Below, in pieces: positions 48,911-61,100 of a stretch of 64,000 nucleotides of DNA. The stretch lies in assembly GCA_051530055.1 (NCBI GenBank), contig CM121343.1, positions 7,100,389-7,164,388 on the forward strand, written 5' to 3'. Position 1 is the first letter of the stretch. Each line of letters opens with the position of its first letter. The notes beneath the pieces were generated by a model. That model did not search any database. It saw only the letters and a list, made by a program, of their open reading frames with translations, and had not been told where the DNA came from. The position numbers and the translations under genes are program-made. This stretch comes from Neoechinorhynchus agilis (Eukaryota; Animalia; Acanthocephala).

Positions 48911-49389
48911 CTATAGCCTGCCCATTGAACTTTCCTGTGCCTTAGTGGCAAGTTCTATTTCCATTCTTTTAAGCTTCTCGGCGATTCCTTCAAGTTTGTC
49001 GCTGACAACCGCTGAGCTTGTTGTTAGCATTCTAATTTCGCTTTTTATAAAATTAATCCTGTTTTGAACGTTACTTAGTACTTCATCTTTCTCCTTAGGC
49101 ACAATCAAGTGCCCGTCTACACATTTGTGAAAAGAAATAGGCTTTCCAAGGGAAACTAAAAATTTGACGTCAGCTGCAACGGCTTCGTTTTCGATCAACT
49201 GGTGCTCTATGACCAAAGAATCATTTGAAACAAAAATATCAATCAAATGGTCCTTTGGTTTAATGCTTTATTTTTTGCGGCATTTTGCATAAGCTCACTT
49301 CTAAGAGAATCGAATTTAGCTTTAAAGTTTTTGCACTCCGTGGATATCCTCTGTTGTTCATCAACAAGCTGTGCTGAACTGGACTTCAT
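48911..49389 (-). CDS. PFDN6: Prefoldin 6, copy 3 (hairpin insert 49208-49260)
   Basis: Second-segment translation identical to copy 1. Confidence 0.75.
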
Positions 49390-49454
49390 GTCTAAAATTT
49401 TAGGATAAACAAACAAAGACTCTAATCAATGTAAAAATTCAATGAACTAAACGC

Positions 49455-49911
49455 TTATTGTTTTTGGGTTTCCCACATTCGTTTATAGAATGATTCGTTT
49501 TTTCTAAGTAAATCTTCATGAAGTCCACTGTCAGCGATTCGACCCTCACCCATCACGTAGATATTGTCGCAATCCGTAACCGTGGATAACCGATGAGCAA
49601 TAAAAATAGAAGTCCGTGGTCGATCAATGCTAGCTGATATCTTTCTTAGTGCTCTAACGATTAGACTTTCAGTCCATGCGTCTAGGTTGGACGTGGCTTC
49701 ATCATAAATAAATATAGGAGCATCTTTCAACAATGCACGAGCTATCGCAATTCGCTGCTTTTCACCACCAGCCAATTTCAACCCTCTTTCGCCTACCAGT
49801 GTTTCATAGCCTTTAGACATATTATTTATCTTGTGGTGGATGGCAGCCGCTCGAGCCGCCTCGTATACTTGCTCGTCGTCTGCGGTCAAATCACCATACT
49901 TGATATTGGCA
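49455..49911 (-). pseudogene. ABCB7: Orphan 3' exon of ABCB7, second copy
   Basis: As 35957-36413. Confidence 0.88.
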
Positions 49912-51617
49912 TACCTAGATTCGATCAGGTAAAAGTCCAATTATCTTAAATGCAATCAGAGAAAACTCAGCTAACACTTGAGCACAATTGACAATTTAAA
50001 ACAAATATGAACTTTTAAACAAGGACAATAACCGTTCTGAGCATCAATTTTTTTGTAGTTGACGAAAATAAATACTTGCTTCAATTGACAATCTTCTGCG
50101 GCGAGTACCCTGGCACGCTAATAAAGAAATCAAAACATTCTCGTTATTCGTGAATAAATTAACAATGTGGTAGAAAAATGTAGTACCGGTTTTTTTATCC
50201 CATGTCACTTCATTCATCGCGAAAACGAGATCAGAAAAGAGTAAATGTGTTGAAATCAACAAATTTCTTAAACTCAATGGGGATATTTGTGACTTTTGAA
50301 GAGTATTGCGAAGAAAGGGATACAAAGTGTAAGAAGTTTCCCTTTGGAACTTTCCTCGTCTGAAAATTAGAAGGAAGGATGATCCTCGATTTTTGGAAGA
50401 AAATATCATTTTTGGGGTTTTATCAAGGGGGATCATGATCACCACAACTCGAACAATTTTCTGTCGATATGAGAAGTATTAATCGTCATCGAAGATGGGA
50501 AAATAGTAAATGTTTTGAAATCAACAAATTTCTTAAACACAATGGGGATATTTGTGACTTTTGAAGAGTATTGCGAAGAAAGAGATCCAAAGTGTAAGAA
50601 GTTTCCCTTTGGAACTTTCCTCGTCTGAAAATTCGAAGGAAGGATGATCCTTGATTTTTGGAAGAAAATATCATTTTTGGGGTTTTATCAAGGGGGATCA
50701 TGATCACCACAACTCGAACAATTTTCTGTCGATATGAGAAGTATTAATCGTCATCGAAGATGGGAAAATAGTAAATGTTTTGAAATCAACAAATTTCTTA
50801 AACACAATGGGGATATTTGTGACTTTTGAAGAGTATTGCGAAGAAAGGGATACAAAGTGTAAGAAGTTTCCCTTTGGAACATTCCTCGTCTGAAAATTAG
50901 AAGGAAGGGTGATCCTCTCCTCGTACCGAATGCCTAGATACTATTTTGTTAAAACAAACAAAACGCCTATCAACCCTACCGCCACAATTTCTACCATATA
51001 TCGGCCCATTTTCACACGAGCACAACACTCGTAGTCCTAATTCGTTTTCGCACCTTTCTATACTCCTTTTTCCGTGCTGTTCAATCCTTTCGGATACCAT
51101 AACTTGAGATGAATCTGAGGAAAGACCCAACCTCACAAGCGCTCCTGACAAGAATAAGCACCAATTCCCACCTGGACGGACTTTCCTACCCGACCGGATA
51201 TTCCCACCCGCCCGGACTCGTAATCCACTCCAAAATCAATAGCCTATTTCATTTTCCAGTTAAAATTCTAGTGTTTGTGAGGACCCAAAAGTACATGGGT
51301 CCTGTTCTTTATGCATCAACAAATAAAACTGTTGATTATTATTGCCGGAACGAGGAACCGGGAAAACATCGAATTTGGTTTTGTCAAATGTAAAACAACG
51401 TAAAAGTGAAATAATTTTACATCGAGGTATGAATTACAGAGGAACGTCGATTATCCGAAGCATCAATTATACCGATCGGAATGCTGTCCTATTCAACTAC
51501 CGTTGCTCAAGAGAATAAGAGAAGGTGTGCAATGGTACAGAGAAAATTAAGTCATTATTTTCAACCATAAAGTTAGAGATAAGTAATAGTTTGATGATTG
51601 AACTAATAATGCTTGTT

Positions 51618-53716
51618 TATGGTGTAAAATGTTAAAGAGTTTATTAATTCCGATATTTTGACACAATTTTGTACCTTTATCAAGGTGTATTCGCACAGTA
51701 CTAAGATTGAGTTTAAAGTCTCATTCATTCCCCAGTCTAAAGATTAAGCCTGGCGAATAAATAAGGCCTCCATTATAACGCGATTCCATTTTAATTCACT
51801 TCGAGCAAAAATGTTGGCATTGTCTATACCCATGGCGGTACCTTGTTGCTCAAAGTGGTTAGGTATCGCTGAACTGGAATCGATGCCTCACCTCAGATCA
51901 TATTTCTGTTCTTTGGTTTTCCTGTGCGCCTTCAGTGTTCCCAGGAAGTCTACACCCGATGATACTGTGTGCTTATCCGCCGGCATTAAATTTCGGAACA
52001 TGTTAACGAATGTTCTAGCTGATATATCAATGTACCCTTTTCTCCGACGAAACAGTAAGGATCACAGTGCCCCTGAGACTGTTGCGCCAATGTGAACATC
52101 ACACCGCTGCCGTTGACGAGCGACGATAGAGCCATCGGGACGCCATAGTTCCATTTGTCGGCAATCAGGTGGAAGGTACTCACGACACGAAGAAGTGAAC
52201 GCGACGCTAAGTCGTCCCCTGAATACTGTAACCTTTGCCGATTCGATGGTCATAGACCGGACGATGTCACAGTCGTCGAAGTATTTGAGAAAACGTATCC
52301 TTTTTAAAAATAGTCCAGTCTCCAAATATTGCTTCACATTCTGTATACCACACCAGAACAGCTAGCATGTTATGAAATTTAACGCCGGAGAATAAGCACG
52401 CAGTATTATCGGATGTAGAATTCCTGTTAACACCGAAGACGCTCGAGAATACAGAATATAGAATGGTTTCTGCTGATGTCAAGTCTATTCACAAAAATGC
52501 CATTGAATTCAGCGATCAACCTTGCGATTCCTATGCTTTTCGCAATGCAGAACCAAATCTGAATAAAAGGAACTATTACACATGTGCACGAGGAACACGA
52601 ATTTCAATTTCGAAGATAAGAGCTTCGATTAAGCTGATGGATTTTGCATGGGGAATCCTCTTGCCCCAGTTCTCGCCGAATTGTTCATGTGCGATTGAGA
52701 GGCAAGTATGTTTCCAGCCTACAGTTTATCAAATTCTGGCAGAGATACGTAGATGATACTTTTATCTTAATCGACAAATCCAAGGAGACGGAAAAGTTTA
52801 GCCGAATGTTGAATTCAAAACACAGCAACATTATATTGGCCATCGATTCGGAGAATAGCAATGCGACCCCCATTATGGACGTTTTGATAAAGCGACAAGG
52901 AGCAGAGTTTGCAACCATTGCATACAGGGATATCGGTATACCGACGGACATTGCCCCCTTCATCACAATGGCATCCATTAATTATAAAATTGCCGGAATT
53001 AAGTCGCTTTTTTATGGTGCTTACAACTATTGCACCAACCAAGATTCCTTCAATAATGAGTTAGAGTTTCTTTGGAAGAAGGAATAGTTGCAGGGCCTTC
53101 TATGGAAGGAAAACAGTGTGCCAGGAGCCGAAACGAAGGGTATTTATAGGTGCAACATTCATCGATGATGAATTATTCAATACAATTGGCAATCTGGTTA
53201 AAGGAGCTGCGCCCAAGGACCTAGATTGTTGTATCTACACGAGGAAAGCTAAACCATTAAGCTCCATGGTGAAGAAACGATATGAACATGAAAGCAATTC
53301 CCAGCGGAGAATGTAGTAAATCCAATGTAGGCGAAACAAACAAGTTTGAAAAAATACATCAAAAGACCGAAATATGATCTGAGTAGAGGCATCGATGCCA
53401 GTTCAGTGATATCTAACCATTTTGAGCAACAAGATACCGTCATGGGTATAGGCAGTGCCAACTTTTTGGCTCGAAGTGAATCCAAATGGAATCGCGTTAT
53501 AATGGAGGCATTATTTATTCCCCAGGTTTAATCTTTAGACTGGGGAATGAATGAGACTTAAACTGAATCTTAGCACCGTGTGAATATAATCACTCCCCGT
53601 GTGTGTTCGTAGAACTTGATAAAGGCACAAAATTGTGTAAAGATATCGGAATTAATAAAAAAAAGTTACGTTTTCGCCATAAAAAAGCATGAATAGTTCA
53701 ATTTTCAAACAAAGCA
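51618..53716 (+). mobile_element. Duplicate of the Penelope/MITE composite
   Basis: Offset about 13496 from 38120-40220. Confidence 0.88.
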
Positions 53717-54815
53717 ATTGCCAGCGATAAAAAGACGATTCTATAACCATAAGTTAACCGTCCTCTCACTCTCCTCAGTTATGGACAAAACTCGAGCGGT
53801 GAAGGTACCCTCTGATAAGATTGTATTCTTTAATACCTAATTTTTTTGCAAATTTCATCCAAATGTCAAGGATGGCGGTATAAATGTATGCATTTATTCT
53901 GAAAAGTCATCATTCCATGCTTTTCGATCTAATTTACTTGTAGTTTGTCCTTGTCGCTAGGTGGCTTCAAAGTTATCCGCTGTCATTATCAGAACGCGAG
54001 GAGCGGGAAAGGTAGAAATCAATCGTGATAGCGTCCTTTACAAGTTAAGAGCTATCAATAAATTGCGTTTCTCCTAAAGTGGTCAAAGAAATGATTTCTT
54101 GTATGTGTAGTGGGTCTGAATGCCAAAAAAAGGAACAAGAATCGCAAAAAGTTCATTCGGTACTTAAATGCTCTAGTAAACTTCGAACTTAGCGGATGCA
54201 CAGCATCATAATTTGAGCCAACGCGCAGGATTTTTGAATCAAAGAGAAATTGGTCAGAAGACTTAAGGTTCATTTCTACATACCTTAATCCTAGCGTTTG
54301 TTAATCGCTTTACGATCCAAGTGATCGATGGATTGGATGGCCACAACCCGCAATTCGGACTGCACGAATGTTAAAGCAGTATTATTCTTCGTTTAAATAA
54401 TTGCGAAATCTAATTACGATGCTTAGGTTATATCATAAACGAACTCTTTAAACTGACACGATGCGCTAAATTCCGTGGCCAAGGTCGCCGAGGAACAATG
54501 TTCAGAAATACTTCTTGGCTCGTAAAAATTACACCATCGTCTCGAAAATGTTCTTAAACAGAGAAGATAAAGCGAATATAGAGTTTTTAGTGAAAATTCT
54601 CCTTTAATTCTAAGTGCGCCTCGAGATCTTTTATACGCTCGTTGGATTCCGGTCGTGTGAGTCGCTAATCGGAACGATACGTCTTATTGATTTTTGGTTT
54701 ACTGTGATTCGAGTTCAGTATTTGTTTCCATCTCTCAAATGGCGTAGCTTCCAAAATTTTTGCATGGATGAACTCTCCCAAACTCGACATTCTCTGGGGT
54801 TTTTGCAAAGCCTTG

Positions 54816-55152
54816 TTTGGTTTAAGAATAAACCATTTTTTTGCGGATCTAAATAAAAAAACACAAAACCCTCATGAGTTTTAAAGACTTCTTTGGTTTA
54901 AGAAGAAACCATTTTTTTCGGATCTAAATTAACAAAACACAAAACCCTCATGAGTTTTAAAGACTTCTTTGGTTTAAGAAGAAACCATTTTTTGCGGATC
55001 TAAATAAAAAAAACACAACACCCTCATGAGTTTTAAAGACTTCTTTGGTTTAAGAAAATATACCATTTTTTACGGATCTAAATAAAAAACACAAAACCCT
55101 CATGAGTTTTAGAGACTTCTTTTGTTTAAGAAGAAACCATTTTTTTCGGATC
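54816..55152. repeat. 76-bp tandem repeat, about 4.4 units
   Basis: TTTGGTTTAAG starts at 54816, 54892, 54968, 55044 and about 55120. Confidence 0.93.
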
Positions 55153-56071
55153 TTGCCATAATCCACAAGAACGAATTCTCGTGCATTCGTTTTCACATTG
55201 CATCTTGGATTTTATTTACGACAATTGCTATTGAAGTCTTAAACAAACGTGCTTCACGCTTCTGTTTAAAATTCTCCATAAACAACTAGACTAAAGGAAT
55301 GAATTGTAAAGCAATTGAAAAAAATTTCTCTCTTCCTAAAAATATCTTTGCTGAGCAATTTTCATCGCGTACTGTCTACTTTTTAAGCACATTGGTCCCT
55401 TAATTTATTCTTAATATCTCGTTCAAATCATCCGTCGTTCCATGCGAACTCGTTGCTGTGCATTGAATCTACCTCTTTTTCCCCTTCCGATTACAATCGT
55501 TTAAGTTTTCTGGATGCTTGGTGGTATTACGCGATCGAGGAATCGTTTATCTTTAGCTGAAATCTATTTTAAGTGAGTTTAAGAAATATTATTGCGTTAA
55601 ATCGCTGTACAATCAGGTGATAAGATAATAATGCCATCATTTGTTCTTGGATATCGATCAAATTTAAAATTAAGGTAGAACCGGCGCCCGGGAATGATCT
55701 GCGGCGTTTTTCCTCGATTTTATTAAGAATAATGTACATACAAAAACACCTTCCTGCAATCCACTACATGACCTATCATCCATTAAAGCTTCTTACACTT
55801 CAACGGCATTTTAACCTGCCTTCTGTTACAACTTTATAACAAATTTCCTTTGTTATTAAGGTTATTTATAGTCATTAGAAAACTTTATACCGAACTTAAA
55901 TTTTTAAATCGACTAAAATATCAGCGGCAATTCGCCATTTACGACTCGTCAATCGTAGGCTGTTCGCATGTTTTAGTTTACTCAAAGACAAGCAAACTTT
56001 AAATTAAAGTCAATAGGTTAATATCGATTGATGCGATTATTAATAATATGTGACGCGTTCCAGCATACAAT

Positions 56072-56277
56072 AAATTTGAGTATTCTCACCGGTTAGTTCT
56101 ATAGTTTTTCATAAATCTACGTTAGACACACAACGATTCTCGATTAAATATCCCGGTTAATCGCCATGAGCACACTAAATTTGAGTATTCTCACCGGTTA
56201 GTTCTTTAGTTTTTCATAAATCTACGTTAGACACACAGCGATTCTCGATTAAATATCCCGGTTAATCGCCATGAGCA
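56072..56277. repeat. 105-bp tandem duplication
   Basis: AAATTTGAGTATTCTCACCGG at 56072 and 56177. Confidence 0.9.
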
Positions 56278-56362
56278 ATTGGTACATTGCGACTATGCTT
56301 TATTTTAGAAAAAATTATGAAACAAAGATAACATAGTAATTAGTCACTTTTCAATACGGTAT

Positions 56363-56979
56363 ATTTCAAGAATTTTATATAGGTACAGTCATGGCAATTA
56401 TGTCAATAATGCTAACAGCAGTTTAATTATTCTTACAATTAGCAGTTATTTTATATACCATTTGCTGTATTCGATTTTCACTCCCTTATAAAAACTGCAT
56501 ATTGCGGACATTCCTGGATGCATGGTGAACAAATACTTTACGGAGAGTCTGAGGATGTCTTAGAGCGAGAATTAAAGTAAATTTCAAGAATTTTATATAG
56601 GTACAGTCATGGCAATTATGTCAATAATGCTAACAGCAGTTTAATTATTCTTACAATTAGCAGTTATTTTATATACCATTTGCTGTATTCGATTTTCACT
56701 CCCTTATAAAAACTGCATATTGCGGACATTCCTGGATGCATGATGAACAAATACTTTACGGAGAGTCTGAGGATGTCTTAGAGCGAGAATTAAAGTAAAT
56801 TTCAAGAATTTTATATAGGTACAGTCATGGCAATTATGTCAATAATGCTAACAGCAGTTTAATTATTCTTACAATTAGCAGTTATTTTATATACCATTTG
56901 CTGTATTCGATTTTCACTCCCTTATAAAAACTGCATATTGCGGACATTCCTGCATGCATGGTGAACAAATACTTTACGG
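56363..56979. repeat. 218-bp tandem repeat, about 2.8 units
   Basis: ATTTCAAGAATTTTATATAGG at 56363, 56581, 56799. Confidence 0.93.
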
Positions 56980-58100
56980 ATTCTTAGAACGAGGATAAAT
57001 CTCATTCTGGAATGAAAGCACGATGAAATATAAATTTAAAGAGCCGTAGTACTTTTAGAAGCATTTATTTTTCTATTGTGGTTCGTCCATGGATATCACC
57101 ATGCCAAATTTCAGAGAAACGGCTGTATACCACGAAGAGTTTTTCTGGAAAAGATTACTAGATTAACACTGTGAGCTGCGAGTACTTGATTGACAACTAC
57201 TTAGTTGACAGATTTTTATGTGAGTGCTGGTGGACCTCGCAATACAGCCGAAATCATAATGTGACTCGCAAATTCCGACAGTCAGGCGCAGAACAAGATG
57301 GTATTGATAAGATTTCGAGCGAGATGTCATCTTCAAGATCAATATTCAATGTCATGAACGATAATGCTCACTGCCACTCATGGCACAAAAATAACGTGCA
57401 CGAGTACGGTGTGCTTTTTATGTCCGAACTTATGCGCGTGTAATGGCGTGGAACAGGTGCTGTGCGGAATCAATCGATTATTGGCGATCAGTTTAAGGTC
57501 CTGCGAGTAGAGCTCACACTGCATAAGCGTTAGATCCTAGAGATTGAGCATCGAGTTCATCCGATGAAGTAGGAATCATGATGATGATGAAGATGAGAAG
57601 GCGGGTATTCACTCAGCCATACGTAAACGGTGAGGGAAACAACCAATCGTGTGATTGCCGAGACATCTCGCGCAGTCGGTGCAATGAACGTAGAAAGATG
57701 GTATTTTCCACTGCTCGTGCACTCAGCATAACAGGATGCATGAAGCGCATCTACCTCACCGAGGCGTTTTTTTAGACTAGGGTGGCACGGCGAAATGCTG
57801 GTTGCAAAGGACTATCTGTGACACTGAGGGAAAGGCTGTTTATGTCTAAGAGAGTACGATAGGTGATACCGAGCGCTGGGTGGATCCATAGTAAAAAAAA
57901 TTGATACTACCGCTTCTTGTGCGTGTGCCTCACATTTGTAGAAAATATTTTTGCGATCGCACCTTTCCACATTCATTTCGACGCAAGGGAGCCAAAAAGG
58001 ACTAGATATAAGAAAGCAGCGCGCTGGTATATTCGAAATATTCTGGAGAAAAAGACAACTTGTGTCTTAAATCATTAACAGCCGGACGAGTAGATTATCG

Positions 58101-61100
58101 ATGACCGGTCATGAAGTAGCCCCAGAGTTCCAAAAACCACCAGCGATCACACAAGTAGACAACGGACTTAGTGTGCTCATAGATTCAATTGTACAGGCGA
58201 ACCCGCCTCCCTCGTGTACTTGGTACCTAAACGATAAACCTGTAGTGAAATCAGCGAGGATCATTCCATCTCTTGAAAAACGGGGGTCAAATTTTCAGTG
58301 CAGTTTACTGATTAAGAATGTTGGACTTGATGATGGAGGTATTTACCGATTGATTATTAAAAATGAATTGGGAGAGTTGAAGGCTACAGTGAATCTGCAA
58401 CTTCAAGGTAGACTCCCATTATTACATAGAGCAAACATTTAACATTTTTTCACAAATTTAGCTGACGACGAGCCTGATGAGGAGTAAGTATTTTGTTCGT
58501 CTGTCCAATAGATGTCGGAAAATAATTCAAACACCCTATAGAAAAGCATAAATTGCATGTGAACACAGTTCAAGATCCGCTTTATGTATATATGTAGATG
58601 CATGAGCTCTCCATACATCAAAATTCCGGCTCGATTTACATATGGGCGAGTTTTGACTGCATAAACCTGGTAGAAATATAGACAATAATAGAGTGGCAGA
58701 ACAATTTTAAACTGGCTCGAACTATACGCCGTTTAGTCGAAAGGGACCTAAGTTTACACAAAAACCAGTCATCAGACAGGAAAGCGACGGGGTAGTTTTT
58801 GAATGCCGACTCACGGCTGATTCGCCACCACAATGTGAATGGTATAAAGGAACTGATAAACTCGAAACTGGAGGTCGTAGCCTCTCTTAGCGATATGAGA
58901 ATCTAATCCTTGAGATCATTATAGGTCGCTATATTATCAACATCCAGTCATTACCGGATGATTCATACTTAGTCTCTTGTACTGTCAAGGACATTCAAGC
59001 GACTGATGGAGGAGCATATAGAGTAGTTGCTAAGAATGCCAATGGCGAGGCAACGGCTACTTTAAGTCTAAACATCTCAGGTTGCAATGGATTTCATACT
59101 TAACGAATTTATCCCCAATATGGTTTTTAATTAAGACAATAAGGGTCGGCCCAATATCCTGGAGAATATTCAAATAAGACCTTTTGTGGATAAAGTGGAT
59201 GATGCAATAATGATTCAGTGCCTCTGTGAGGCGGATCCTGTTCCCGACTTTGTTTGGTATTTTAAAGGAAACCCACTTAGCCAGTCAAGCAAATATGTCA
59301 ACAGGTTTGGTGATAGATGCTTAAACTCTATTTTTAAAATCCAATCATTAAGTGTTCTTGTCGAGGGAGATAAATATGTCGCTGTGCTAGTCATCAATAA
59401 TGTGACTAAGTCAGATTCCGGTGAATATCGTCTGGTAGCAAGAAATAATAAAGGAGAACATTCTGCTAATATAAATGTGGATGGCGGTGGTGCTCGAATG
59501 TACGTAAAAATTTTTTTAGAATTTGTGTATCTAATTTAAATTTGTTCTTAAATGTTTAATGTAAAGCGCCTTTTCTCATAGATTAAACGATCTGGCCAGA
59601 AAAAGAGTAGCAATTCCTTTATACTATTTTTAGAAAACAAAACCCAACAACTTAGATTAGCAAATTAATGGATTTTATATTCCATGTATGCTGGTTTCAT
59701 TAATTTTTATCTTTAGTCTACCGAGCGGGGTTCCACCGAAGCAAATCAGTCCAACAAAATGCCAAATGAAGGGCAGTGATTTGATAATATCAACTGAATT
59801 TGAGGCTAGCCCACTGCCTTCGTTCAACTGGACTCGAAATGATAACCACTTGAATGAACCGAGATTCATACCGACTGTTGAGAAAACCGGTGATGGAAAA
59901 TACACGGCTCAGCTTACCGTTAAAGTATAACAGCTTTGAAACCCGATTTAACTCAATGCAAATTTAATATATTTAGAATGCTACCACTAAGGACTCTGCA
60001 AAATATGCATGCACGGCTCTTAATGAGTTGGGCAGTATGAAGGCTGAACTTCAATTATTAATGAAGAGTACGATATAATACGTTCACTACGCTGTTAACT
60101 AATCTGCCATAATCGAATAGATGGCAAACCGGAAATAAATTCGCCCAACGACCTTGCTCCATCTTTGACAGGAAGTCCAAAGATAAAATTCGATTCCGAT
60201 AACAAAATTCTTCAGATCACTTGTCCCTTGAAAGCACAACCGTCTCCAACGATAAAATGGTCGAAAAAGAAAGTCGCTCTTAGTAACAAAGGAAAAACCG
60301 ATTTGAAAGTGGAACCAACTGATACCGGTGCATTTAATGCAGTTCTGACAATTACGGTAATTTTGACAATTGGAAATCTTTAGCTAAATTTCAATAGGAT
60401 TTTGAACCTGACGACAATGGTTTCTACAAGCTTGAAGCTATTAATTCCGCGGGCGTCTGTACAGCAAACTTCATGGTGGATAGCAGTAAGGCCGAGTAAG
60501 TTCTATTTGATGTAACGTAAATTTTGTTAAACTGTAAATTATAACAGAAAAGACATTCTTCGTCACAATGTGGAGCTAACAAAGCCCGAAACTAGTTATA
60601 ATCAAAACACAGGGACCCTCACAATCAAACTAAACTGTATTTCGAGCGGAAAGCCAGCGATCGCATGGATCAAGGATGGGAAGAAGATAGCAAAAAATGT
60701 GCGAATGACTTATAATTGGTCACAATCGTTATAGTTTCTCGCTCATTGCAGGCACACTATGTCCCGTCCACGAAGGATGAGAACCCAATGGCTATTAAGT
60801 TATTAATAAAGGACTTTAAATCCTCGGATTTTGGAAAATATAGCGTAAAAGCAAGCATTGGAGACATTTCCGATACTAAAGTGATAGTAGTTGATGAAGG
60901 TATTGATTTTTCTTTTTGTCATTATAAAGCACCTCTTGACCATGTAAGACATCGTGAATTTAAAAGAAGCGGATGAAGAAATAGATACAAAAGATGATGA
61001 ACCTCAGGAAGAGAAATCTCTCGATGAAAAAGTAGAGGATAAGGATGCAAAAAAGTCGAAGAATGAAGATCAGCAAGTAAGAGCACAATCTGAAGGCACT

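Larger units (their letters stand above)
35242..54807. repeat. Direct duplication: 35242-41311 and 48739-54807
   Basis: ORF pairs offset by 13496-13498 bp with near-identical translations. Confidence 0.95.

Noticed and set aside
57093-57800. ORFs upstream of twitchin
   Set aside because: No domain similarity or coherent exon structure found.
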